A DNA stretch of 64,000 nucleotides from Candidatus Eiseniibacteriota bacterium (lineage in GTDB: Bacteria; Eisenbacteria; RBG-16-71-46; CAVPCR01), in NCBI GenBank assembly GCA_963823555.1, contig CAWGMA010000001.1, positions 480,001 to 544,000 on the forward strand. Reading direction: 5' to 3'. The position numbers were made by a program, and so were the translations under genes. Below, piece by piece: positions 49,023 to 58,865 of the stretch (position 1 is the stretch's first letter; each line of letters starts with the position of its first letter). The notes beneath the pieces are model-generated. The model did not search any database. It had not been told where the DNA came from and saw nothing but the letters and a program-made list of their open reading frames with translations.

Positions 49023-51023
49023 CTAGAGCGAGGCCGTCGCCTTCTCGGTCGCCTGCTTGTAGGCCTCCCAGAAGTGGATCTCAGTCGGTCCCTGCGGCAT
49101 CGTCACCTGGGGGTTCGTCTTTCCGCCCTCGACGACCTTCTCCTTCTCCGGGTCGACCCACCATGAGTAGAGGATCTGATCGAAGTCCTCGACGCGACTC
49201 AGGTACCAGCGGGGCTGCCCGAGCTTGTTCCAGTAAGCGAACCTCTGGCTCGGTAGATACCATTCCATGACATAGTGGTGCTGGTTGTAGGCGATGCCGT
49301 CGATCTCCCGGATGATCGCGATCCGCTCCTTGATATCGAAGGACCTGTCATAGGCCTCGCAGAGCTCGTCCACCCTGGCGTCCTTGAATCCGGTGATGTT
49401 GTTGTTGTCCTTGAGATCGGCGAGCCGCGAGTGGAGGCTCGTTTCCGGATTGGGGAAGACGAGACCGCCCCAGGCGGTGGAAGTGAGCGCGAACTTGCGA
49501 TCCATCAGGTTCTTCCAGCGCGTCGAGCGGTTGAGGAGCTGGAGGTCGATCTGGATACCGGCCCGCCGGCAATCCTCCTGGAAGATGGTGAGGCTGCGCT
49601 CGGAGAGCTTGGATTCGTACTGGATCTCCAATTGGAGCTTTTGACCATCCTTGACCAGGATGCCGTCGGACCCGCGTTCGGTCCAGCCCGCCTCGGCCAG
49701 GAGCTCCACCGCTTGTTCCGGATCATAGGGGATGGGCTCATTGTCGGGGTTCTGGTAGATCCCCCCCTGGTACATCGAGCACTGGACCTTGTACTCGTTG
49801 TAATACAGCTTCTCGATCATGAGCTCGCGGTTCATGAGGTAGCAGAGAGCCTTCCGCACCCGGAGGTCGTCAAGCGGCGGCCGGCGCGTGTTGATGGCGA
49901 GCCCGCTCACCCCGATCGGTGCATCGGTGAAGACCTTTCGCTTCTGGATCAGGCCGCGCTGGACGCCGTCGATCTTGTCCACCTCCTCGGCCCACCACTG
50001 CGCCTTGGGGATCTGGAGGATGTCGATCTCCCCCTTCTTGAACTTCTCGAAGGCGAGGTTCTCGTCCTTGACGACGACGAACTTGATCTTGTCGATGTTG
50101 CCGCGGCCCTGGGCCAGGCAATCGTCCTGGCCCCAGTAGTCCGGGCGCCGCGTCAGCGTGATCGAGACACCCTTCTCGATGTCCTCAGGGAGCACGATGT
50201 AGGGCCCGCTCACCGCCGTGTACTTGAACTGATACTCGTCGAGGTAGGTCTTGCCGTCGATCTTCCCGATCTCGTGCGCGGGGAAGATGGAGGTGCCGCC
50301 GAAATACTGGAAGTTCCGCCAGTTCCGTTCCTTGACCCTGACCTCCACGATGTACTTGGAGATGGCCCGCGGCTTCTCCATCTTGCCGAAGGTGAAGGCC
50401 GCCGAAGGATCCTGAACGCCCGGATCGGTCTTGAGACGGATGGTGGCGATGACATCCTCCGCGGTCACCTCGTGACCGTCCGACCAGCGGGCCGCAGGGT
50501 TGATGCGGAAACGATACGTCACTTGATCGTCGGAGATCTGCCAATGGGTGGCGAGCCCAGGGACGAACTCGAGGGTGACCGGGTGGATCGAGATCAGGGA
50601 CTCGTAACAGAGGCCACTGATCAGGTAGTTGACATAGTCGTTCCATCCCTGACCGCACTGGCGGAGAGTGGCGGGCCAGTCGTAGATGACCTGCCGGACC
50701 GTGCCGCCCTTGATGGCATTGGGGTCGCCGATGAGCGGATATTCGCTTGCCGTCTGCCAGCCCTCGCCGGTGAAGCCGGGACCGCCGAGCTCCGCGGGGA
50801 CGCTGGCGTCGCCCGCCTGGGGGTCGAAGCTGGGAGTGCAGGTCTCGAGAACGAGGTCCTCGGTGCTGAACGCGGCCCTCTCCTTCCCGGCTCCCGCACT
50901 TTCCGTGGCTTCTCCGGACTTGCCCCTGCCGCATCCCGTAAGCGCCACAGCGACGGCGAGGCTCGCGAGGACCAGTCCGTGACCGAGCGGCGAATAGATC
51001 TGCTTGGAAAGCCGAAGCGTCAT
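49023..51023 (-). CDS. Peptide ABC transporter substrate-binding lipoprotein (family 5, YejA-like)
   Basis: Start MTLRL after AAGGAG, lipobox ALTGC, DPNAIKGG, PGLA..W, ARWSDG..VTAEDV, N.RRPPL.D.RVR.AL. Confidence 0.9.
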   Translation of the reverse strand: MTLRLSKQIYSPLGHGLVLASLAVAVALTGCGRGKSGEATESAGAGKERAAFSTEDLVLETCTPSFDPQAGDASVPAELGGPGFTGEGWQTASEYPLIGDPNAIKGGTVRQVIYDWPATLRQCGQGWNDYVNYLISGLCYESLISIHPVTLEFVPGLATHWQISDDQVTYRFRINPAARWSDGHEVTAEDVIATIRLKTDPGVQDPSAAFTFGKMEKPRAISKYIVEVRVKERNWRNFQYFGGTSIFPAHEIGKIDGKTYLDEYQFKYTAVSGPYIVLPEDIEKGVSITLTRRPDYWGQDDCLAQGRGNIDKIKFVVVKDENLAFEKFKKGEIDILQIPKAQWWAEEVDKIDGVQRGLIQKRKVFTDAPIGVSGLAINTRRPPLDDLRVRKALCYLMNRELMIEKLYYNEYKVQCSMYQGGIYQNPDNEPIPYDPEQAVELLAEAGWTERGSDGILVKDGQKLQLEIQYESKLSERSLTIFQEDCRRAGIQIDLQLLNRSTRWKNLMDRKFALTSTAWGGLVFPNPETSLHSRLADLKDNNNITGFKDARVDELCEAYDRSFDIKERIAIIREIDGIAYNQHHYVMEWYLPSQRFAYWNKLGQPRWYLSRVEDFDQILYSWWVDPEKEKVVEGGKTNPQVTMPQGPTEIHFWEAYKQATEKATASL

Positions 51024-51212
51024 CGGAGCACTCCTTGATTTCTGCTCGCTGGGGAATCCGAGTTCAGAACGGTGGGAGACTGTGCTGGGGCGATGATGGT
51101 AACACAGCCCACGCGGGAGAGGCGCGGGAATCGCCCAGGCGATATACTCGATCCAGGTTCCGGAACCGTCCCGGTCCCGCCCCCATCCCCCCCTCGCAAG
51201 GAGAGGCACGCT

Positions 51213-52616
51213 ATGACCAAGTGCCGGTTGGCTGTGTTCTTCGCGCTCGCCACGGCCGGGCTCGCCGTGACACCGGCGGTTGCGCAGCACCCCCCGGAAA
51301 ACGTCGTTCTCCTGAGCCACCTCGATCGCGGCGAGGAGTACTCGGGCAACTGGGGCTACACCGCGCCCGACGGGACCGAGCTGGCCATCTCGGGCACGAT
51401 TGCCGGGACCACGTTCATCGATGCCACCGTGCCCACGGCCGCCGTCGAGGTGGCCTTCATCCCCGGGCCGGGCTCGATCTGGAGGGAGATGGCGGTCTTC
51501 GGCCACTACTGCTACATCGTCACCGAGGCGGAGGGGGCCGCGCTGCAGGTCGTCGACCTCAGCGATCCGTTGAGCCCCAGCCTGGCCGCGACCCTCAATC
51601 CACCGGCGCTGCCCTTCAGCCGCGCCCATGAGATCAAGATCGACCAGACCACGGGACTCTGCTATGTCGCGGGCACCCGCAATGGCTCGACCTACACTGG
51701 ACTCATCATCCTCGATCTGAACGTCAACCCGCTCCAGCCGGTCCATCTTGGCAGCTGGCCGATTTCGGGGGCGAGTACGGACAACTACGTGCACGACCTG
51801 TCCATCCTCGACGGCAAGGCCTACTGCGCCAACATCTATGCCGGCGAGGTGGTCGTGCTCGATGTCACGCAGCCCGGTGCTCCGCCCGTGCTGCAGAGCT
51901 GGACGTATCCCAGCGCCTTCACCCACAACACCTGGCCGAGCGCGGATGGGTCCTTTCTCGTCACCACCGACGAGAACGCAGGCGGCCATCTCCGGATGTG
52001 GGATGTGAGCGACCTGGATCAGATCCAGCAGACGGACGAGTGGGTCTCGCCGACGGGGGGCCTCGTTCACAACGCCTACCTGCGCGGGAGTCTGTGCTTC
52101 ATGTCGCACTACCAGGATGGGCTGCGCGTGGTGGACGTGTCCGATCCCTACGCCCTCCGGCCCGTGGGCTGGTATGACACGCACCCGGCCGATGGAGGGA
52201 CATCACGCGGCGCCTGGGGCTGCTTCTGCTTCGCCGCCGACTCGACGATCGTCTACATCAGCGACCGGGACACCGGGACCTATATCCTCCGCTACGTGGC
52301 TCCGCCGGTCGCCGTTCTCGACCCCGAGGCGATCGCCCCCAGCGCTCCGGGCAGTATCAGCTCTCCCAACCCCTTCCGGGCCATGACGCGAATCCGCTTC
52401 ACCCTGGCCGAGCCCGGGCCGGTGAGCCTCCGTATCTACGACTCGTCGGGGCGACTCGTCCGTACCCTGGCCGATCGCTCCATGGCGACGGGCCTGCAGG
52501 CCGTGACCTGGGACGGCCGCGATGGGGCCAGTCGCCGGGTGGGAAGCGGCGTGTACTACTACCGTCTCGATGCCCCTGGACTCGGAACCAGCGGGCGGTT
52601 GGTGGTTACTCCATAG
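51213..52616 (+). CDS. Choice-of-anchor-B-like (LVIVD repeat) secreted protein with FlgD/T9SS-like CTD
   Basis: Signal peptide, YSGNWGY, WREM, YVHD, THNTWPS.DG..L.TTDE, VHNAY, GAWG, PNPF...WDGRD...GVYYY. Confidence 0.8.
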   Translation: MTKCRLAVFFALATAGLAVTPAVAQHPPENVVLLSHLDRGEEYSGNWGYTAPDGTELAISGTIAGTTFIDATVPTAAVEVAFIPGPGSIWREMAVFGHYCYIVTEAEGAALQVVDLSDPLSPSLAATLNPPALPFSRAHEIKIDQTTGLCYVAGTRNGSTYTGLIILDLNVNPLQPVHLGSWPISGASTDNYVHDLSILDGKAYCANIYAGEVVVLDVTQPGAPPVLQSWTYPSAFTHNTWPSADGSFLVTTDENAGGHLRMWDVSDLDQIQQTDEWVSPTGGLVHNAYLRGSLCFMSHYQDGLRVVDVSDPYALRPVGWYDTHPADGGTSRGAWGCFCFAADSTIVYISDRDTGTYILRYVAPPVAVLDPEAIAPSAPGSISSPNPFRAMTRIRFTLAEPGPVSLRIYDSSGRLVRTLADRSMATGLQAVTWDGRDGASRRVGSGVYYYRLDAPGLGTSGRLVVTP

Positions 52617-52689
52617 AGGAGGTAGTGCTGGGAGCAGGTGGTGAGGGGAGGCAGGAGGGTCCCCCCAAGGAGAGCGGGAGAATCGGCGG

Positions 52690-52718
52690 TTGACACCTGT
52701 CCGGGTGGCCTGTAGCCT
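52690..52718 (+). promoter_or_regulatory. sigma70-like promoter of the PstS-like/TPR/ExbBDD/TonB operon
   Basis: TTGACA-17 nt-TAGCCT. Confidence 0.55.
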
Positions 52719-52932
52719 TCTGCGGGCCAATCCTCGAGGTTCCGGACCATGCATTTGGCCCGTCCCTCAGGCCGGATAAACGCCTGTCAAAATGCAACTT
52801 AGGCGAGCCAGGCGTTCACTGCGGGATGATCCCCGGCAGGCGCGCGGTCGGCGCTGGCCCGGCCGTACCGGGCGGGCTATTCCCGCCAAACACTGTCTAA
52901 CCATACCGTTGCATGTAGCTGTGAGACTGGGA

Positions 52933-53841
52933 ATGCCCAGGGTGGGGAGGTGGTGTCTCAGGAGCCGGGCGGCAGCCCTCCTCGCGGCAGGCGCATGCCT
53001 GCTCGGCGGGGTCGCGGGTTGCGAGCCTTCCCATCGCGGTGTCACCGCCGGGACGCTCCGGGTTGTGGGATCCGAAGCGGCTCGCCCCATGGTGCAGGCC
53101 GCAGCGGACACATTCGTTTCCTACTACAAGCGAGCACAGGTCACGGTCGAGGGAGGAGGCACCGTGGCCGGGCTCGAGGCCCTGATCAACAAGCAGGCCG
53201 AAATCGCAGTTCTCTCCCGCGAGCCGCTGGAGAGCGAGCGGAAGGCAGGCGCCGAGGTCGGGGTCGAGATCGCACTCTATCCCTTTGCCTATGATGGGCT
53301 GGCCATCATCGTCAACCGCGATAACTCGGCCTATGCCCTCAGCTTCCGCGAGGCGCGGACGCTCTTCACCGGTGAGACGACGGACTGGTCGGTCATTGGA
53401 GCCGACCCAGGATGGATCCGCGTCTACACGACCGGTGTTGAAAACGGCGCTACCGAGTTCGTCCGCCGGGTCCTGCTCGGCGGAGCGGACTTCGTCGCAG
53501 GGGCGGGGAGGGCAACCACGACCCGAGGGATCGTCGACTCGGTGGCCCAGCACGTTGACGCCATCGGCTACGCCAGCATGGCCGAGCTCGACGACCGCGT
53601 GAAAGCGCTGCCTCTCTCTCCGCCCGAGGGTGGGCCACTCAGGGTTCTCAACAGGGAAACGGTCTATCGGAAGGAGTACCCTCTAGTCCGTACCTTTTAC
53701 TTTGGCACCCGGGGCATCCCGCGGGACGACCTGATTTCCGGTTTTGTCAGCTTCGTCATGGGTAACAGCGGCCAGAAGGTCGTCGCCGAGATGGGTTTCG
53801 TCCCCGCCACCGTGCCCGTCCGGTTTCGGACCGAGGGCTAG
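52933..53841 (+). CDS. PstS-like periplasmic binding-protein lipoprotein (no cognate permease here)
   Basis: Lipobox VAGC; L.V.GS, V.GGG...G, SRE, AYDGLAIIVN, AIGY.S, YPL.R. Confidence 0.8.
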   Translation: MPRVGRWCLRSRAAALLAAGACLLGGVAGCEPSHRGVTAGTLRVVGSEAARPMVQAAADTFVSYYKRAQVTVEGGGTVAGLEALINKQAEIAVLSREPLESERKAGAEVGVEIALYPFAYDGLAIIVNRDNSAYALSFREARTLFTGETTDWSVIGADPGWIRVYTTGVENGATEFVRRVLLGGADFVAGAGRATTTRGIVDSVAQHVDAIGYASMAELDDRVKALPLSPPEGGPLRVLNRETVYRKEYPLVRTFYFGTRGIPRDDLISGFVSFVMGNSGQKVVAEMGFVPATVPVRFRTEG

Positions 53842-53873
53842 CCCCGCCAGCCGAAGAGCCCTGGATCCAGATC

Positions 53874-55571
53874 ATGACTGAGAGAAGAATGGAGAAAGTC
53901 ATCACACGCCACAGCCGCGGCTTCCTCGGGATCCTCGTCGCTGCCGGGTGCCTCCTGGCGCTCGGTGCCGGAAGTGAAGTCCGGGCTGCCGACGCCGACC
54001 CTCAAGTCCCCTACGCCCTCGCAGCTGCTGGGGATTCACTGTTTGCCCTGAACAAGATCGACCAGGCCGAGGCCGAGTACCAGAAATCCTATGAGGCCGC
54101 CAAGAGCTTCCAGGCCGGGACGGCGCCCCGCGAGGAGGGGCTCTGCCTGGCCAACTACGGGCTCGCCCGCGTGGCCCTGGTGCGCGGCGAGACCAAGGAT
54201 GCCGGGAAGCTCCTCAAGTCCTGCAAGGACAAGCCCCAGTACGAGGGCATCTACATGCTCGGCATGGGGCTTACGGCGTACAAGGAAGGCAATCTCGACG
54301 AATCCGAGAGGCTTCTCCTGCAGGGCGCGAGCCGACTCGACCTGGCCCGGGGCGATAGCCCCGCAGACGAGGTTCGGCTGGAGATGGCGGACTCACTGGT
54401 CTCCATCGCCCTCGCCAAGGACCTGCCTCTCATTGCCGTCGAGCGGCTCAACGAACGTGCCAAGCTCGTTCCTGGAGATCCGGCTCCTCATGTTCGCCGG
54501 GGGCGCATTCTCGAGGACTCGAAGCAGTACGAGGAGGCCGTGGAGGCCTATGGCCAGGCGATCGCCGTCGACTCGACCGCGGTCGAGGCCTATCGCGGCA
54601 TCGCCGGAATCTATTCTCGCGCCCAGGGCGGCAAGCCGGTTGCGGCCAAGACGTTGGAGCGACTGGCGATCGCGCAACCAACGGCAGAGAACTGGGCCGC
54701 GGCGGGCGAGGCCTGGATGGAGGCCGGACAGCCGCAGAGCGCGGCTCCGCTCTTCGAGAAGGCCGTGGCAGCCGGAGGCCCGGCCAAGGCGCAGGTCGGA
54801 CTCGCCCGCGCCATCTACGCCAGCGGCGATCGGGAAAAAGCCGTCACCATCTTCCAGGGCATCGACCCATCGGCGCTCAGCGCCGACGACTGGGACGCGA
54901 TCGGGAAGGCGCTCCTCGAGCAGAAGGACTACCCTCAGGCCCGCAACGCCTTCCTGAAGGAGTCCGAGCTCGATCCGACCCGGGCCGACGCGCTGTTCTA
55001 CGCCGGCTACACCCACTACGTGTCGCGCGAGTACGCGGAGGCCATCCCGTACTTCGAGCGGCGGATCGCGATCGACTCGAAGTCGACGGCGGCGTTCTCG
55101 AACCTGGGCCTCTGCTACCTGCAGGTCGGAAAGCCGGAAGAAGGGATCGCCATGCTCCAGAAGGCGGTCGATCTCGATCCCGACGACTCGCGGAGCCGGA
55201 TCTGGCTGGCTCAGGCCTATGCCGTCCAGTCCAAGTGGGGCGAGTCGGCGGCCGAGTACGAGAAGGTCATCGCGATGGATGCCGAGAGCGCCGAAGCCTG
55301 GCGTGGCCTCGGTTTTGCCCAGCTCAACCAGAATCGCTATGGCGAAGCCATCGATTCCCTGACCAAGGCCGATCAGCTCGAGCCCAACAACGTGCAGGGG
55401 CTCGTCTGGCTCGCCCAGGGCCACGGCATGGTCGAGCACTACGATACGGCCGCATCCTTGTTCCGGAAGGCCCTGAGCGTGGATCCCAGCTCGCAGGAGG
55501 CGCGGCAGGGATTGCAGATGATCGATGAAGTAACGAAGAAGCAGAAGAAGCGCAGGCCCTCTGCTTCGTGA
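53874..55571 (+). CDS. Exported multi-TPR protein
   Basis: Signal peptide followed by many TPR units (FSNLGLCY, WRGLGFAQ, ALFYAGY). Confidence 0.85.
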   Translation: MTERRMEKVITRHSRGFLGILVAAGCLLALGAGSEVRAADADPQVPYALAAAGDSLFALNKIDQAEAEYQKSYEAAKSFQAGTAPREEGLCLANYGLARVALVRGETKDAGKLLKSCKDKPQYEGIYMLGMGLTAYKEGNLDESERLLLQGASRLDLARGDSPADEVRLEMADSLVSIALAKDLPLIAVERLNERAKLVPGDPAPHVRRGRILEDSKQYEEAVEAYGQAIAVDSTAVEAYRGIAGIYSRAQGGKPVAAKTLERLAIAQPTAENWAAAGEAWMEAGQPQSAAPLFEKAVAAGGPAKAQVGLARAIYASGDREKAVTIFQGIDPSALSADDWDAIGKALLEQKDYPQARNAFLKESELDPTRADALFYAGYTHYVSREYAEAIPYFERRIAIDSKSTAAFSNLGLCYLQVGKPEEGIAMLQKAVDLDPDDSRSRIWLAQAYAVQSKWGESAAEYEKVIAMDAESAEAWRGLGFAQLNQNRYGEAIDSLTKADQLEPNNVQGLVWLAQGHGMVEHYDTAASLFRKALSVDPSSQEARQGLQMIDEVTKKQKKRRPSAS

Positions 55572-55598
55572 GCCAGTTAGCCTAGGAGGAAGCCGAAC

Positions 55599-56339
55599 GT
55601 GAGACAGTCGTGGTTCTTCATAATCGTGCTGACCATCGCGATCATCATCGCGTGGGTCGTCTTCAACTACTTCCTGCCGGAGTACGTCAAGGCCGGTGGT
55701 CCGCTCGTCATGTCGCTCATCGTGCTCCTCGTGCTGACGATCACCTACGTCTTCGAGCGCACCATCACGATCAAGAAGGCCGAGGGTCGCGGCAGTCTGC
55801 ATACCTTCGTGCGCAAGTTCCGCCAGGAAGTGCAGGCGGGAAACATGGACCAGGCGATCGCCGCGTGCGAGAAGCAGGGCGGTTCACTGGCCAACGTGTT
55901 GCGGGCTGGTCTCTCGAGCTTCCAGGATGCGCTCCACTTCAACCTCTCGGACTACGAGCGGACGGACTACACCCGGCGTGCTGTCGAGGAGGCGAACGCT
56001 CTCGAGTCGCCGATTCTCGAGCGAAACCTGATCGCGCTCTCCACGATCGCATCGATTGCGACCATGGTCGGCCTCCTCGGTACCACCATCGGCATGATCC
56101 GCGCCTTCAGGGCCATGGCCACCACCGGGGCGCCGGATGCCATCCAGCTCGCCCTCGGGATCTCCGAGGCTCTGATCAACACCGCCGGCGGTCTGACGGT
56201 GGCCATCCTGGCCATCGTTGGCTACAACTACTTCGTCAACAGGGTCGATTCGTTGAACAACACGATCGACGAGGCAGCCCACGAGATGCTGGATCAGGTC
56301 ACGGCCATGGGGAAGGGGCGAAAGGTTGCGCAAGCCTAA
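55599..56339 (+). CDS. exbB: MotA/TolQ/ExbB proton channel protein
   Basis: AGGAGGA RBS with GTG start; L.TIAS.A...GLLGT..GMI.AF, GISEAL..TAGGL.VA. Confidence 0.9.
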   Translation: MRQSWFFIIVLTIAIIIAWVVFNYFLPEYVKAGGPLVMSLIVLLVLTITYVFERTITIKKAEGRGSLHTFVRKFRQEVQAGNMDQAIAACEKQGGSLANVLRAGLSSFQDALHFNLSDYERTDYTRRAVEEANALESPILERNLIALSTIASIATMVGLLGTTIGMIRAFRAMATTGAPDAIQLALGISEALINTAGGLTVAILAIVGYNYFVNRVDSLNNTIDEAAHEMLDQVTAMGKGRKVAQA

Positions 56340-56892
56340 GCGAATCGGAGTCAGTATCGACATGACCCCGATGGTCGATATTGCCTTCCTGCTCTTGATC
56401 TTCTTCATGACGACGACGACCTTCAAGCCGCCGGAAGAGGTCACGATCGACCTGCCGCGCTCGAGCGCCGAGTACAAGGTGCCGGAGTCGAACGTGCTCA
56501 TCCTGACCATCACCAGGACCGGTGACCTCTTCGTGCAGAACGATCCGCGCAGCTCGGTGCAGAAGATCGACATGAGCCAGCTCGGAGGCTGGGTCCGGAG
56601 CGAGCGTTCGCGGAACCCGCGCGTGCGCATGATCGTGAAGGCCGACAAGAACTGCGAGTACGGGGTCATGCAGGACGTGATGGATGTCCTGCAGGTGGAA
56701 CGGACCAACCGTTTCGTGCTCATGACCGAGGGCGAAGGAGCGGAACAGGGGGAGAAGACGCTTCCCGAAGCCCTTGAGGGCGAGCCGCTCGAAGGCTACG
56801 GCGTCGGCGCCGGGCACCAGCTGGCCCAGGCCGGTTCGGACGCCGTGCGCCCGGAGGCGGCCGCGAGTGGAGGTGAGCCATGGGTGCGGTAG
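56326..56892 (+). CDS. exbD: ExbD/TolR protein 1
   Basis: IDMTPMVDIAFLLLIFFM, IVKADK...YG...DVMD. Confidence 0.9.
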   Translation: MRKPKRIGVSIDMTPMVDIAFLLLIFFMTTTTFKPPEEVTIDLPRSSAEYKVPESNVLILTITRTGDLFVQNDPRSSVQKIDMSQLGGWVRSERSRNPRVRMIVKADKNCEYGVMQDVMDVLQVERTNRFVLMTEGEGAEQGEKTLPEALEGEPLEGYGVGAGHQLAQAGSDAVRPEAAASGGEPWVR

Positions 56893-57368
56893 ACGTCGGC
56901 GCCCCGAAAGGCAAGGGCAAGAAGAAGACCCGCCGTGGCGGGATTCGCATCGACATGACCCCCATGGTTGACATCGCGTTCCTGCTCCTCATCTTCTTCA
57001 TGGTCACGACCGTCTTCCGCCGGCCGCAGGCGCTCGAGATCACGCTGCCCGGCGAGAAGAACGAGGTCGAGGTCCCCGAGCGGAACGTGATGTCGATCCT
57101 GGTCGACCAGGACGGCAAGGCGTACTGGCATCTGGGGCTCGACCTGCCGACCCCGGTCGAGGTCGACAAGGTAAACGAGATCGTCTATCAGGAACGCAGC
57201 CAGAACCCGGCGCTCGCGGCGGTGATCAAGATCGATCGCGCCGCTCCCTACCACTACATGGTGGATGTGCTGGACGAGGTCACCCTCGGCAAGCTCGAGC
57301 GCTTCAGCCTGGCCCCGCTGACCGAAGACGACAAGCTGGCCCTGCAGGGCGGGGGAACTGGATCGTGA
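56880..57368 (+). CDS. exbD: ExbD/TolR protein 2
   Basis: IDMTPMVDIAFLLLIFFMV, IKID..A.Y..MVDVLDE. Confidence 0.9.
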   Translation: MGAVDVGAPKGKGKKKTRRGGIRIDMTPMVDIAFLLLIFFMVTTVFRRPQALEITLPGEKNEVEVPERNVMSILVDQDGKAYWHLGLDLPTPVEVDKVNEIVYQERSQNPALAAVIKIDRAAPYHYMVDVLDEVTLGKLERFSLAPLTEDDKLALQGGGTGS

Positions 57369-58150
57369 GCTTCCGCACATACATCCTGCAGCGTCCTCTG
57401 ATCGAGAGTCTCGGTCCGTCGGCGCGACGGCTGGCCCGAGGCCGCTACCAGCGGCATTTCGCCACCGCTCTCATGCTGTGCATCGTGCTGCTCTTCTCAG
57501 TGATGCTGGGAGGAATGGGCTATTCACGGCTCAAGGAACGCGCTGAGGCGCACCAGGCGACGCGCCAGGTGAAGCTCGTGCCCTACCGCGACCTGGCCGC
57601 CCCGCCCTCGCTCCAGCAGGCACCGGCCGAGCCGCCCAAGTTCTCGTTCAAGGCCCCGACCTTCAAGGCGCCGCCGACCGGTATTCCGGTGCCGGTGCCC
57701 CAGGAGGAAGCGGCAGTGACGACGATCGCGAGTCAGGCACAGATCCCGTTCGCTGGGACCGAGGGCGATACCGGCCTCGGCTCCGATCTGAGCGAGGGGG
57801 TACCCTGGGGCGTGGAGGGCGGCGGTGACATCGTCATCACGGACGAAGAGGCAATGCCCTCGCCGGACGAGTTCGTCCCGGTGGAAGAGCAGCCGGTGCT
57901 GATCGAGAAGCAGCCTCCGGTCTATCCGGAACTGGCCCAGATGGCGAAGATCGAAGGTACGGTCATCGTCAAGGTGCTCGTCGGCAAGGACGGCAAGGTC
58001 AAGGACGCGATCATCGGCAAGGGAGTCAACGGGATTCTCGATCAGGCCGCTCTTGACGCCGCACAGAACTACGTCTTCAAGCCGGCCATGCAGAACAAGA
58101 AGCCGGTGGCGGTCTGGGTGGCGATCCCGTTCAGATTCCAGCTCTACTAG
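57365..58150 (+). CDS. tonB: TonB-family energy transducer
   Basis: TM helix, Pro-rich spacer, C-terminal P.YPE.A....IEG.V.V...V..DG.V, LD.AA, F.PA...KPV.VW..IP..F. Confidence 0.88.
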   Translation: MSFRTYILQRPLIESLGPSARRLARGRYQRHFATALMLCIVLLFSVMLGGMGYSRLKERAEAHQATRQVKLVPYRDLAAPPSLQQAPAEPPKFSFKAPTFKAPPTGIPVPVPQEEAAVTTIASQAQIPFAGTEGDTGLGSDLSEGVPWGVEGGGDIVITDEEAMPSPDEFVPVEEQPVLIEKQPPVYPELAQMAKIEGTVIVKVLVGKDGKVKDAIIGKGVNGILDQAALDAAQNYVFKPAMQNKKPVAVWVAIPFRFQLY

Positions 58151-58270
58151 AAGGGCCGGCACTGGCGCTCAGGATGGCAAGCGCCGCGGCGGAGAGCGCG
58201 CCGTTGTCTGCTGACATATGGCCTGCGCGGCCGGGCGTGGGTCACGCTAAGGAGAAACCGGAGGGAGCGA

Positions 58271-58618
58271 ATGGCAGTCAAGACCGTCATGCATGGGTCC
58301 GTTGCGGTGGTTACTCCTGAGGGCACTCTGTGGGGCGGCAACGAGACCTCCCAGCTCAAGGAGGCGATCGACAACCTCATCAAGCAGGGGAATCAACACC
58401 TCGTGCTGGACCTCGGCAAGGTAAATCATCTGAACTCGACCGCGCTCGGTCTCCTGGTCTCGACTCACTCGAACTACACGAAGCGCGGCGGGTCTGTGAA
58501 GCTCTGCGCGCTCGAGAACAAGATCAGGAACCTGCTCCTCATCACCAAGCTGTCCATGGTCTTCGAGTCATACGAAACCCTCCAGGATGCCCTGGCCAGC
58601 TATGCGGGGACGAGCTAG
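58271..58618 (+). CDS. STAS-domain anti-sigma factor antagonist
   Basis: LVLDLGKVNHLNSTALGLL, GG.VKL, LL.ITKL..VF. Confidence 0.88.
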   Translation: MAVKTVMHGSVAVVTPEGTLWGGNETSQLKEAIDNLIKQGNQHLVLDLGKVNHLNSTALGLLVSTHSNYTKRGGSVKLCALENKIRNLLLITKLSMVFESYETLQDALASYAGTS

Positions 58619-58697
58619 CGGAAGATCCTGCCCGCCGTCCCCTGCCGGTGAGAAGGCTCCTCCCAAGCCAGGCCCAGCGGAGCGACCGCCAAGATGA

Positions 58698-58731
58698 GGG
58701 CCGTCCAGGTCTCTGCCTGGACGGCCCATTT
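58698..58731 (+). terminator. Hairpin terminator after the STAS gene
   Basis: Perfect 12-bp stem GGGCCGTCCAGG/CCTGGACGGCCC followed by ATTTCT. Confidence 0.65.
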
Positions 58732-58732
58732 C

Positions 58733-58741
58733 TGCTATAAT
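58733..58741 (+). promoter_or_regulatory. Extended -10 promoter for the second choice-of-anchor-B-like gene
   Basis: TGCTATAAT consensus, ~125 nt upstream of the ATG. Confidence 0.5.
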
Positions 58742-58865
58742 TACTGGGTTCCGGTGTCGCAGCGAGCTGGATGGCTGCTGCGGCTTGAGCCACGGTCCTC
58801 CTCCAACCCTGTCCACCACCCGACCCCCCGGTCCTAACTGACATTGTTGAAAGGGATTGAGCGCG

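Noticed and set aside
51024..52184. 1053-aa version of the ABC substrate-binding protein
   Set aside because: The extension is antisense to the 51213 gene; RBS and lipobox support the start at 51023.
52933..53841. Phosphate ABC (pstSCAB) operon
   Set aside because: No pstC, pstA or pstB nearby, and the binding motifs look degenerate.
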